DNA from: Candidatus Bathyarchaeota archaeon
Lineage (GTDB): Archaea > Thermoproteota > Bathyarchaeia > Bathyarchaeales > Bathycorpusculaceae
Length of the DNA stretch: 26,461 nt
Reading direction: 5' to 3'
Assembly: GCA_003601785.1 (NCBI GenBank)
Contig: PIYA01000001.1
Location: 1 to 26,461 of the forward strand
Shown: positions 7,572 to 15,926 of the stretch, piece by piece
How the letters are laid out: the number at the start of each line of letters is the position of its first letter
Numbering within the stretch: position 1 is the first letter of the stretch
Made by a program: the position numbers and the translations under genes
The notes under the pieces: model-generated
Told to the model about the DNA's origin: nothing
The model's input: the letters and a program-made list of their open reading frames with translations, nothing else
Databases searched by the model: none

Positions 7572-8186
7572 TTGCCTAAAGCTTGGATACAGGAGCGCAA
7601 GAGAGACTACTATTACAGGAAGGCTAAAGAGGAAAAATATCGTTCAAGGGCAACTTACAAACTGTTTCAAGCGGTAAAAAAATATCGTTTCATCAGAAAA
7701 GGCGACGTTGTCGTCGATTTGGGTGCGGCGCCGGGTGGATGGATTCAAGCTGCGAGGAAAATTGTTGGAAGCAAAGGTTTTGTTTTAGGAGTTGACGTCA
7801 AACATATTGAGCCTTTTTCAGAGCGTAACGTTAAAACGATAATAGCGGACATAACCGAGGAAGACACGCCACAGCAGATTTTGAAGCTTATTCCAAGAAA
7901 AGCCGATGTTGTAATTTCCGACGCTGCTCCAAACATTTCTGGAATATGGGAGGTAGATCACGCCCGCCAGATAGACCTGGCGCAGCAAGCCTTGAAGATA
8001 GCCTTAGAAACGCTTAAACCTCATGGAAACTTTTTCGTGAAGGTTTTCCAAGGAGATATGCTCAACGACTTCATAGCGAAAGTGAAGAAGCACTTTGAAA
8101 CGGTGAAGATAATAAAACCCGAGGCAAGCCGGGCTAGAAGCTCAGAGATTTTTGTTTTGGGAATGCGTTTAAAAACTGAGGATTGA
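7572..8186 (+). CDS. rlmE: 23S rRNA (uridine-2552-2'-O)-methyltransferase RlmE/FtsJ
   Basis: YRSRA.YKL, VDLGAAPGGW SAM-binding motif, and K-D-K-E tetrad (YKL, SDAAP, VKVF, SEIF). TTG start. Confidence 0.95.
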   Translation: MPKAWIQERKRDYYYRKAKEEKYRSRATYKLFQAVKKYRFIRKGDVVVDLGAAPGGWIQAARKIVGSKGFVLGVDVKHIEPFSERNVKTIIADITEEDTPQQILKLIPRKADVVISDAAPNISGIWEVDHARQIDLAQQALKIALETLKPHGNFFVKVFQGDMLNDFIAKVKKHFETVKIIKPEASRARSSEIFVLGMRLKTED

Positions 8187-8230
8187 CAAACAATAAATTC
8201 TTTAAACCCAACTAGAACAAGGTGAAACGT

Positions 8231-8923
8231 TTGAGAATTGTTGCGGCGGATTCCGCTTCCGCCATATTAAACGCTGATTTTGAACCCTTGTCTATCGTTG
8301 CGGTTGCATCTGTTCTTGTTAATCCGCCTTATAGAGAACCCGACGAACGTCTGGCTGAACCACTATTTGTAGAAGCTAAAGACGGGCATGAACTTGTGGT
8401 TCACGAAGCTGAACTCTGCAGAGACTTGTTGAAAAATGTTAGGGCGGATGTTGTGCATTTAGACATGTCCTTGGGCGCTGTCCCTCTTGAAAGGTTATCT
8501 GCGATTCAACTCGGAGACATAAGGGTTTCAAGTAGGGCGAGGAGACATTTGCTGAAGATTCTTCCAAGGTTACGGAAAATAGCAGGTGAAATAACGAGAG
8601 AACATGGAATCGAAGTCTTAGCCATAGGGAAAGAAAGCGTTCCAGTGAGAATCGCCGAGCTAACCGCTGGAGCATACTCAATCTTGTACGCTTCAGAAAG
8701 AGCTGTTAAGGAAGACAAAACGTTGCTGCTTGGTTTGCCATCTAAATGTCAACCCAGAATGGATCAGAGTGGTGTGTATCTTTACTCGCTTATAGCTGCG
8801 GAGCATGATGTCAGAGGGTATGCTAAAGACGTGGGAGAGGTCTTGAAAAAGGTTAATATTTCAGAAATCTTAAATCCGTGTGCAAGAGGGTTTAGAGCCT
8901 TAGAAATAAAGCCTAAACACTGA
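8231..8923 (+). CDS. DUF4152-family protein (PF2046-like, RNase H-fold candidate)
   Basis: MRIVAADS, VLV.PPY, DVVHLD.SLG and IGKESVPVRIAE resemble the Thermococcales DUF4152 family as recalled. TTG 8231 has GGTGA 5 nt upstream (track start 8222). Confidence 0.7.
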   Translation: MRIVAADSASAILNADFEPLSIVAVASVLVNPPYREPDERLAEPLFVEAKDGHELVVHEAELCRDLLKNVRADVVHLDMSLGAVPLERLSAIQLGDIRVSSRARRHLLKILPRLRKIAGEITREHGIEVLAIGKESVPVRIAELTAGAYSILYASERAVKEDKTLLLGLPSKCQPRMDQSGVYLYSLIAAEHDVRGYAKDVGEVLKKVNISEILNPCARGFRALEIKPKH

Positions 8924-8938
8924 AGTTAGGTGTTTGAA

Positions 8939-9490
8939 ATGTTCCGCTTCTGGGAAGGCTTCACACCGAAGATGAAGAGAATATTGGCTATCATAGCTTT
9001 TTTCTTACTCGCTATAATTATAACCATAGCTGGCGTGCTAACTCCACTCAGCGCTGAAGACGCGGATACCCTAGGCAAAGAGCTTAACCAAACGCGTGAG
9101 ACAGTAAACAGTTTGGAAAGTGTTCAGCAAGTTTCTTTCATTTTTGGAAACAATTTCATGATGTGTTTAGCGGGTTTTGTTCCGATAGCGGGACCTGCCT
9201 TTGAATGTTACGTGCTGTACAGCACAGGTGTTGTAATAGCTGCAGACAGTTATAACCAAGCGAATCCTCTGCTGGTGTTTTTCCTGCTGTTTCTCTTTCC
9301 CTTCACGTGGCTGGAGTTTTTGGCGTATTCTGTGGCTATGGCTGAAAGTTTTTGGCTGACTTGGCGTCTTATACAACGTAGAGGTAGAAGTGAAATCAGG
9401 AACACATGTATGTTCATAGCTTTATGCGCAGTGTTGTTGCTGGTTGGCGCTGTTATAGAAGTCGCTTTTCTGTCACTTTTAGGTTCCTGA
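8939..9490 (+). CDS. SpoIIM/DUF95-family integral membrane protein
   Basis: Several hydrophobic helices with family motifs IFGNNF, P..WLEFLAYS.A and LLLVGAVIE. ATG 8939 follows AGGTG (track start 8930). Confidence 0.8.
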   Translation: MFRFWEGFTPKMKRILAIIAFFLLAIIITIAGVLTPLSAEDADTLGKELNQTRETVNSLESVQQVSFIFGNNFMMCLAGFVPIAGPAFECYVLYSTGVVIAADSYNQANPLLVFFLLFLFPFTWLEFLAYSVAMAESFWLTWRLIQRRGRSEIRNTCMFIALCAVLLLVGAVIEVAFLSLLGS

Positions 9491-9492
9491 GT

Positions 9493-10353
9493 TTATTCCG
9501 TTTTTGTTATTTCTAAACTTATGTTTAATGCTTTTACGCTGTGCGTTATCTCCCCTAAACTCACTACGTCAACTCCTGTTGATGCGAACTCTAGGATGTT
9601 CTTAGCTGTTATTCCACCGCTTGCCTCAAGCAGCACTTTTCCGTAGAAACCTGATTTTTTAAGTGTTTTCACAGCCTTCTCTATCTGTTTCGGGTGAAAA
9701 TTGTCCAGCATTATTATGTCCGCTCCAGCCTTCGCCGCTTTTAAGACATCTTCAACCCTTGTAACCTCAACCTCTATTTTCTTGCTGAACGAAACTTTCT
9801 CTCTGGCGGTTTTAACGGCTTTTTCAACGCTTCCAACAACCGCGATGTGGTTGTCCTTTATCAGAATCATGTCGTCTAGGCATAAACGATGCGTGTCTCC
9901 GCCGCCGATTAGGACAGCTTTCTTGTCGAAGTATAGAAGTCCTGGTGCAACTTTTCTTGTGCATGCAACTCTTGTTTTGAGCTTCCTCCGCTTGAGCTTG
10001 TTCACAAGTTTCCTGGTGGCTGTGGCTATCCCACTCATTCGTGAGAGTATGTTTAGAATTGTGCGTTCAGCTGCCAATATTGTCCTCGTTTTTCCAGAGA
10101 TTTTCATCAAAACTTTTCCTGTCTTCACTTCTTCCCCGTCTGAAACTAGGTTTTCAACCTTTAAGCCTAGGCTTTCCGCTAAAACTTCTGCTTCTTCAAC
10201 TCCCGCTATAACTCCGCTTTCTCTGGCTATTACCTCCGCCTCTGCGGTGCTGTCAGCTGGAATGAGCAACATTGTTGTTACGTCGCCCTTTCCTAAATCT
10301 TCCGTTAGTATGCTTCGAAGTTTTTCTTCCAGAATTTTGCGTGGTAAGAACAT
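9493..10353 (-). CDS. nadC: Nicotinate-nucleotide pyrophosphorylase (quinolinate phosphoribosyltransferase)
   Basis: EDLG.GDVTT, AERTILN.LSRMSGIAT.T, CTRK..PG, HR..LDD.ILIKDNH, IEVEV, IMLDNF and EASGGIT. Confidence 0.96.
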   Translation of the reverse strand: MFLPRKILEEKLRSILTEDLGKGDVTTMLLIPADSTAEAEVIARESGVIAGVEEAEVLAESLGLKVENLVSDGEEVKTGKVLMKISGKTRTILAAERTILNILSRMSGIATATRKLVNKLKRRKLKTRVACTRKVAPGLLYFDKKAVLIGGGDTHRLCLDDMILIKDNHIAVVGSVEKAVKTAREKVSFSKKIEVEVTRVEDVLKAAKAGADIIMLDNFHPKQIEKAVKTLKKSGFYGKVLLEASGGITAKNILEFASTGVDVVSLGEITHSVKALNISLEITKTE

Positions 10354-10412
10354 ACTTCTAGTTCTAATCGTTTAGCTTAAAATATTTGTTATGTGATGTG
10401 AGCAGAATTTTG

Positions 10413-11591
10413 TTAGCGTTTTTCTGCCATTTCGCTTATTATTCTGATAGTTTTTTCCAAGCCGTCGTATTGAAGAACCTCTTCTTGAATCTTCTCAAGC
10501 CTTTGAAGGGTTCCATTCTTTAAAGTCTGTTCAATTTTGTTCAACAGTTTTTTCTTGGACAATCCTTCTTGTAGAATGACTTTCGCTATGCCTAAATCTT
10601 TAGCTTGTTTAGCGTTGCTGAGCTGCTCTGTGTGGCTTGGTGTTGGAATAATTATCATCGGTTTGCCATAGGCTAGGCACTGAGTTAAAGTTCCGTGTCC
10701 AGCACGGCTTATAACCAAATCTGAGGCTTTTAAGTATTCGAAACGATTCGGAATCCACTTGTAAATTGTCAAATTGCCATGGCATATAGGTTTAGAATCT
10801 GTGTTTGGGTAGCCGAGGGACATGACAACTTCGTATTTGTCTGGAAAATTGAGGAATATCTTCCTTAAAATTCCAATTAGAAACGCTCTTTCCCTTGTTG
10901 GACCGCTTATAGGCGCAAAAATTACAAGCTTGTCCATGGGCAGTTTCAGCTTTTTTCTCAGTTCCTTTTTTGTTGGCAGTTCTTCTGGACGGGTTGAAAG
11001 AATTGGTCCTACAAGTTTCACGCGTTTTCCGTAAGCCTTTGGAATGTTTAGGTTTCCCTTGCTTATCGTGTATGGTGGGGGAAAATCGGGTATTAACACG
11101 AGGTTTCCAGTGGTCCACATTTTTCCGATAAGAGCTAAGGTTATAGAGTCCGCGAATCTTGCCAAACGTAAGAAGTGTTTTTTCCTCGGAATTATCACTT
11201 GAAACTGGTTTAGGATGCAGATTCTCTTTATGCCCAAAATTCTTGCAGCCAGTAAAGGCGAAACCCTTGAGTCTGAAACCACAACGTCAGGCTTAAAACC
11301 TTCGATAGCCTCTAACTCCGCGTTGATTTGTTCCAAAAGAGTGAAGGATGCAAAGAAGGGTCCCGGATTAACAGCTGTTTGTCTGAAGTCTATTGTTCCA
11401 TCCGGTTTAACTTGAAACCCTATCGGCGGAGCCTTTATGAGGGGGATTTTTTCCTTTTCAACGTAGGATGCGCCTTCTCTGTACGTGGAAAAGAGCACCT
11501 CAACGTTTTTCTCCATGAGTTTCTTTGCAATTGGAACACATCTTCCCACATGTCCTAGACCTATTCCACATGGAGAAAAGTAAACTCGCAT
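10413..11591 (-). CDS. GT-B fold glycosyltransferase (GT28/MurG-like, MJ1255-like)
   Basis: N-terminal G.GLGHVGR, C-terminal ISRAGHGT, GKPMIIIP and EQLSNA. Confidence 0.85.
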   Translation of the reverse strand: MRVYFSPCGIGLGHVGRCVPIAKKLMEKNVEVLFSTYREGASYVEKEKIPLIKAPPIGFQVKPDGTIDFRQTAVNPGPFFASFTLLEQINAELEAIEGFKPDVVVSDSRVSPLLAARILGIKRICILNQFQVIIPRKKHFLRLARFADSITLALIGKMWTTGNLVLIPDFPPPYTISKGNLNIPKAYGKRVKLVGPILSTRPEELPTKKELRKKLKLPMDKLVIFAPISGPTRERAFLIGILRKIFLNFPDKYEVVMSLGYPNTDSKPICHGNLTIYKWIPNRFEYLKASDLVISRAGHGTLTQCLAYGKPMIIIPTPSHTEQLSNAKQAKDLGIAKVILQEGLSKKKLLNKIEQTLKNGTLQRLEKIQEEVLQYDGLEKTIRIISEMAEKR

Positions 11592-11595
11592 TGAA

Positions 11596-12222
11596 CTATT
11601 TCCCGCCGAGGGTTTTACGTTTTATCTCACCCTTTGGCTTCTCCTCCTCAAAAATTATGGCTTGAAACTTGTAAATTTTCGTGTTTTCCATCAACCAACA
11701 ATCCGGAGGTAAGCCAGCCTTGACACAGCATTGGCATAAGAATTCTTCTTCATCCCATTTCCATTCAATAGGCACTTGAGGTAGAAGCAACCCTTTGAAC
11801 ACTCCTCTCTCAACAATCAACCCGTCTTCTCCAACTTTAATCTTCGACGGATATTCGCTTGGTTTTTCCACATTCACCTTCTGCGGTGGGGTGAGCACGC
11901 TCACCTCAAAGACTAGGCTGTCAAGTTCGTTCAGTGAAACCGGATAAAACCTAGGGTCTTGGGTTGCTGAGCTTATAGCGGCATCGATAACTGCCTCGGC
12001 TAATGGTGTCGTTGGGTAAGGAAATCCTATACACCCTCTCAGTTCCTTTTTCCCTTTCTTTACACTGTTTATGGTTACGAAAACTCCGCATTTTCTCAGA
12101 AGTTTTTCAGAAGTTTCTCTTGGAACTTTGATGCGGCTTCTGTTTTTCAGGTATTCTTCAACGGCTTTTCTTGCAAGTTTAACTAGAAATTCTCCCTCTT
12201 CAAGGCTTAGCTGAAGCGACAC
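11596..12222 (-). CDS. AMMECR1-domain protein (AmmeMemoRadiSam protein A family)
   Basis: GVFVTI, LRGCIG, A..DPRF, E.SVLTPP, G.DGLI and GLLLPQV motifs. GTG start. Confidence 0.92.
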   Translation of the reverse strand: MSLQLSLEEGEFLVKLARKAVEEYLKNRSRIKVPRETSEKLLRKCGVFVTINSVKKGKKELRGCIGFPYPTTPLAEAVIDAAISSATQDPRFYPVSLNELDSLVFEVSVLTPPQKVNVEKPSEYPSKIKVGEDGLIVERGVFKGLLLPQVPIEWKWDEEEFLCQCCVKAGLPPDCWLMENTKIYKFQAIIFEEEKPKGEIKRKTLGGK

Positions 12223-12280
12223 TGGCTTTTCCCCTTTAATAGTGACGTTATGTTTGATTTAGGGTTTAAATCTTGAAGTC

Positions 12281-12901
12281 TTAGAATTTCATGGATTCCT
12301 CTTTGATTCCATCCTTTGTTATTAACAAGAAGTCTATTCCGTCTCCGCTCATTATGTCTCTGCTTATGGCTGATTTAACCGCTCTGACGACGAGGTCTTT
12401 CCCTTCCTCCATAGACATGTTCTCCTTATATCCTTGCTCAAGAACTCCAACGGCTATTTCCGTTCCAGAGCCTACAACTGCGTATTTGTCGGGTATCACG
12501 GAGCCTAGGATGTCTAACACGTAGAGCGATGCTCCTTCATCGTCTATCCCGCCGACGATTGTCTGCGTAATCAACGGCGCTAGTCTCTGATTGAAAAGCA
12601 GGTTGGACATGAGTTTTGCAGCTGACCTCACGGATATTGGTCTGCCCACGTCTAAACCGTAGAGGTTTGCGTAGGCTTCAACCTCTCTTATGAGGATTTG
12701 CATGTCTGAAACAAGTCCCGCGCAAGCTGCACCTATGTGGTCTGTGATTTTGAAAACCTTCTTTCCTCCTTTGCTGACAACCAAGTATCCGTAAGAAACG
12801 CGTTTTTCAGAAGCCAAAATCACTCCGTCTCGGCATACAACTCCAACGGTTGTTGCCCCTGGAATCCAGAGATATTGAGATTGTTGACCTTGCCTTTCCA
12901 T
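12281..12901 (-). CDS. psmB: Proteasome beta subunit, probably the non-catalytic paralogue (Thr1->Ala)
   Basis: DGVILASEKR, KKVFKI, G.VSD.Q, VGSG and RD..SGDG. The propeptide junction reads PG-ATTVG instead of G-TTTVG. ATG 12901 has GGTGA 5 nt upstream. Confidence 0.93.
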   Translation of the reverse strand: MERQGQQSQYLWIPGATTVGVVCRDGVILASEKRVSYGYLVVSKGGKKVFKITDHIGAACAGLVSDMQILIREVEAYANLYGLDVGRPISVRSAAKLMSNLLFNQRLAPLITQTIVGGIDDEGASLYVLDILGSVIPDKYAVVGSGTEIAVGVLEQGYKENMSMEEGKDLVVRAVKSAISRDIMSGDGIDFLLITKDGIKEESMKF

Positions 12902-12970
12902 TCCGTTCACCTTTTCGTTGATATGTGTAAGTCAAACTATTAAACTTACTCATGTAATAACTTACTAAAA

Positions 12971-13570
12971 GTGATGCTTATGATAAATCTTTACACGGAG
13001 AAAAGAGACAACACTTGGTTCGGTGTTGCGACTGATGATAGAAGGCTTTACGTTACAACATTTGCCTTCAGCGAAAAGAGCGTGTTGCAGAGTCTTCTGA
13101 AGAACATACCCTATGACGTGCCGTTTCAACAGCGGGAAAAAACCTCATCTTTCGCTGAACGTGTTATAGCTTTGTTAAAGGACATTTATGATGGAAAAAA
13201 CGTTTCTCATAATTTCGCTTTGGCGATGGAGCATCTTTCAAGCTACACACAAAAAGTGATTAAGACGGTTTCTCTGATTCCCGTCGGATACGTGGCTTCT
13301 TACGGTTCGGTTGCCAAGGCAGCTGGTGGAAGCCCGAGAGCTGTTGGGCGCGTCATGGCTTCAAATCCTTTTGTGCTGATTGTTCCATGTCATAGGGTTG
13401 TCCGTTCAGACTTTAAACTAGGCGGGTACGGTTCACGTCCAGACGTGAAGCTTGAGATTCTGAAGCGTGAACGGAGAGGCTGCACCGCGAAACGTGAAGT
13501 TTCAGTGGATGGTGAAAAACTTTTGGTTTTCCCTGTTGAGTTCGTTCTGAAAAGACTGGGAGAAGGGTAA
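12971..13570 (+). CDS. ogt: Methylated-DNA--protein-cysteine methyltransferase (MGMT)
   Basis: IP.GYVASYG, RAVG arginine finger, active-site PCHRV and GGY. ATG alternatives at 12974 and 12980. Confidence 0.93.
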   Translation: MMLMINLYTEKRDNTWFGVATDDRRLYVTTFAFSEKSVLQSLLKNIPYDVPFQQREKTSSFAERVIALLKDIYDGKNVSHNFALAMEHLSSYTQKVIKTVSLIPVGYVASYGSVAKAAGGSPRAVGRVMASNPFVLIVPCHRVVRSDFKLGGYGSRPDVKLEILKRERRGCTAKREVSVDGEKLLVFPVEFVLKRLGEG

Positions 13571-13614
13571 ATGTTAATTGTTAATCATCTAATAATGTTT
13601 TCAGAGATGGTTTG

Positions 13615-14142
13615 ATGGTTACCCGTGGACTTTTCGTCGGCAGATTTCAACCGTTTCATCTCGGTCATCTCGCCGCGATAAAATACGTCTTGAAAAAAGT
13701 TGACGAACTCGTGATAGTGATAGGCAGCGCTCAATACAGCCACAGAAGGAACAACCCCTTCACGGCTGGTGAACGGTTGGTGATGGTTCGTAAGGCTTTG
13801 GAAGAGGCTGGAGTTGACTGCTCAAAGATTTGGATTGTGCCAGTGCCAGACGTGCACTTACACATGCTGTGGGTTTCATCCGTTGAGGGTTACACACCTA
13901 AGTTTGACGTTGTCTATTCCAACGAACCCTTAACCCGCCGCCTCTTCATGGAAGCCGGATACAAAGTTAAGTCCATACCCTTCCACAAGCGGAAGTTTTA
14001 CTCTTCAACGGAAGTCAGAGAAGAACTGCTGAAGGGGGAAAGCTGGGAAAAACTCGTTCCAAAGAGCGTGGCAGACTTCATAAAGGAAATCGACGGAATT
14101 AACAGACTGAAAGACTTGGTAAAAACGGATAAGCCACAATAA
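13615..14142 (+). CDS. nadM: Nicotinamide-nucleotide (NMN) adenylyltransferase, archaeal type
   Basis: GRFQPFHLGH, IGSAQYSH...NPFTAGER, WVS.V, NEPL and SSTEVR. Confidence 0.94.
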   Translation: MVTRGLFVGRFQPFHLGHLAAIKYVLKKVDELVIVIGSAQYSHRRNNPFTAGERLVMVRKALEEAGVDCSKIWIVPVPDVHLHMLWVSSVEGYTPKFDVVYSNEPLTRRLFMEAGYKVKSIPFHKRKFYSSTEVREELLKGESWEKLVPKSVADFIKEIDGINRLKDLVKTDKPQ

Positions 14143-14219
14143 ACGTTAAGGTCTCATGCAGAAAAACCTAGGGGGGTCTATCGGTTTTAAGCAAAATTCA
14201 CCCATAAATTTCAAGTTAG

Positions 14220-15014
14220 TTACGCCGTGTAAACTGCGACTTTATCCCCAACTTTCACCCCAAACCTCTCTGCAGCGTTTCCCTGGTTAACCGATATTTC
14301 GAGAAAATTGTGGCTTCCAAAGATTGCTAATGGCTCCTGCGGCTTAACATCCGCGTAAGCCCTACAAAGCTTAAACCTCAACCTAACACCCTTGAGTCTA
14401 ATGTTAACCGTCTCCTTCCCCTTCAAAAATTCAAGTTCTTTCTCACCGAAATTTGTCACCACATTGCCGAAATCATCCACATGTATAACCTCACCAATCA
14501 ACACGCCTTTCCGCCTCATTATCTTCGCAAACACAGGCATCACAACATCGCGTATTTCAGAACCAAACTTGGATGGCAACTCACCTTTCGCCAAGTAGGC
14601 TGCCGCAGGAGCAAAGACATCTCTCCCGTGAAAAGTGTCCGAAACCCTTGGAAGCATAAACTTCGGATTTTCAATTCTGTAAATGTGCCTTACACCCTGA
14701 TTTCTCGCAGCCAACATCAACACACCGTTGTCCGGTCCGATAAAATAGCCACCTTTTGTCTGAACAAGTATAGCTCGTCTTTTCGTTCCGACACCGGGGT
14801 CTACAACAGCCACGTGGATGGTGCCTTTCGGAAAATGAGGTGTTGCAGCAGCCAAGATGTAAGCACCCATCCTTATGTTGAACTTTTCTATCTGATGCGT
14901 TATGTCAACAATCGTCACGTTTGGGTTTATGCTTAAAATTACGGCTTTCATCTCCGCCACATAAGGGTCTCTCAATCCAAAATCCGTTGTCAACGTGATT
15001 ATGGCACTCGGCAT
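14220..15014 (-). CDS. SAM hydroxide adenosyltransferase (DUF62; chlorinase/fluorinase superfamily)
   Basis: LTTDFG, VVDPGVG..RR, GPDNG, TFHGRD.FAP (Asp-Arg-His triad residues present), D.FGN and LEISVNQGNAA. Confidence 0.92.
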   Translation of the reverse strand: MPSAIITLTTDFGLRDPYVAEMKAVILSINPNVTIVDITHQIEKFNIRMGAYILAAATPHFPKGTIHVAVVDPGVGTKRRAILVQTKGGYFIGPDNGVLMLAARNQGVRHIYRIENPKFMLPRVSDTFHGRDVFAPAAAYLAKGELPSKFGSEIRDVVMPVFAKIMRRKGVLIGEVIHVDDFGNVVTNFGEKELEFLKGKETVNIRLKGVRLRFKLCRAYADVKPQEPLAIFGSHNFLEISVNQGNAAERFGVKVGDKVAVYTA

Positions 15015-15157
15015 GTAATTTAATATACACGCTCTCCCTCTTGTGCCTTTTCCTCCACCATATCCGCATCCACATCTTCCAAGTAAGCAGCCGTTACTAC
15101 GATTCCATCTCTAACAATGACAAAGAACCAAAATAATAAATGAACATCTCTTCATAA

Positions 15158-15174
15158 GGTTCTGGAACAGAACC
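15158..15174. repeat. Perfect 7-bp inverted repeat GGTTCTG-gaa-CAGAACC upstream of the ECF S-component-like gene
   Basis: Read directly from the sequence. Ends 20 nt before ATG 15195. Confidence 0.7.
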
Positions 15175-15194
15175 ACAGCCGCCGTGATGAAAAC

Positions 15195-15926
15195 ATGCAG
15201 AGAAACAAGCCGTTAACAGCCAAAAACGTGGCTTTAATCATATGCTTTACGGCTCTCTACACCGTTTTCTGTTTCCTACCCGCCTTTCCAATAGTTGGTC
15301 TACCAACCAAAGCCATAACCTTCGCAGCAATCACGGCGCCGATTATCGGGTTAATTCTCGGACCATACTTAGGTGCAGCCTCAACAATCCTAGGCGGAAT
15401 CATCGGATTTTTCTCCGGAATTTTCTCCCCGCCAAGCTTCGCAGCTGGTGTAACAACAGCCTTTTTCGCTGGAATGCTTTCTCTGAACAAGCGAAGCCTT
15501 TGCATATTCACGTATTTCTCGCTTCTCTTCTTCTTCGGGTTTTACCCCTTTATCGGTCCAGTTTGGCTTTATCCACCATTCATGTGGTTTCAAACATTAG
15601 GCCTTCTCCTCTTAGCCTCACCCTTACAGTCCAAGGCTCTAAAAACGATACAACCTCATTTCAACAAGGATAGTTCAAGACTTATCTTTTCCTTTTTCAT
15701 TTTTTCATTAACATCCACGTTAGCCGGCCAAATCGCCGGTTCTCTAACCTTCGAGTTTATCTCTTGGCCTGTTTTCATGGCTGATGTCAACGCTTGGGCC
15801 GTTGCATGGCAGGTTCTCACATGGATTTACCCTGTAGAAAGAACGCTCATAGCGTTAGGCGCAACCTTCATCGGAGTTCCACTTTACAAGGTTTTAACGT
15901 CTGCAAACCTGATGCCTTCTCATTGA
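15195..15926 (+). CDS. Polytopic membrane protein, ECF-transporter S-component-like
   Basis: 243 aa, multiple TM helices. The N-terminal pattern 'VALI..FTALY.V....P...' and 'PIIGLILGPYLGA....LGGIIG' is typical of S-components. Confidence 0.6.
   Translation: MQRNKPLTAKNVALIICFTALYTVFCFLPAFPIVGLPTKAITFAAITAPIIGLILGPYLGAASTILGGIIGFFSGIFSPPSFAAGVTTAFFAGMLSLNKRSLCIFTYFSLLFFFGFYPFIGPVWLYPPFMWFQTLGLLLLASPLQSKALKTIQPHFNKDSSRLIFSFFIFSLTSTLAGQIAGSLTFEFISWPVFMADVNAWAVAWQVLTWIYPVERTLIALGATFIGVPLYKVLTSANLMPSH

Noticed and set aside
8939-9490. Sporulation function from the SpoIIM label
   Set aside because: The family is widespread in non-sporulating archaea, and only membrane localisation is supportable.
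10413-11591. MurG / peptidoglycan synthesis
   Set aside because: Archaeal context with no mur genes. The similarity is only at GT28 fold level.
12256-12272. 6-bp inverted repeat GATTTA-gggtt-TAAATC over the AMMECR1 promoter region
   Set aside because: AT-rich, short, and not seen elsewhere in the window. Chance is likely.
14164-14188. AAAACC...GGTTTT possible hairpin between convergent nadM and DUF62
   Set aside because: The stem is short and interrupted. It is compatible with chance or a weak terminator and cannot be supported.
14220-15014. Fluorinase/chlorinase
   Set aside because: It retains the Asp-Arg-His triad residues of DUF62 SAM hydroxide adenosyltransferases and has no halogenation cluster context.
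15184-15190. GTGATGA resembling a C/D-box sRNA box C
   Set aside because: No CTGA box D or D' at a suitable distance, and it doubles as the RBS region of ATG 15195.
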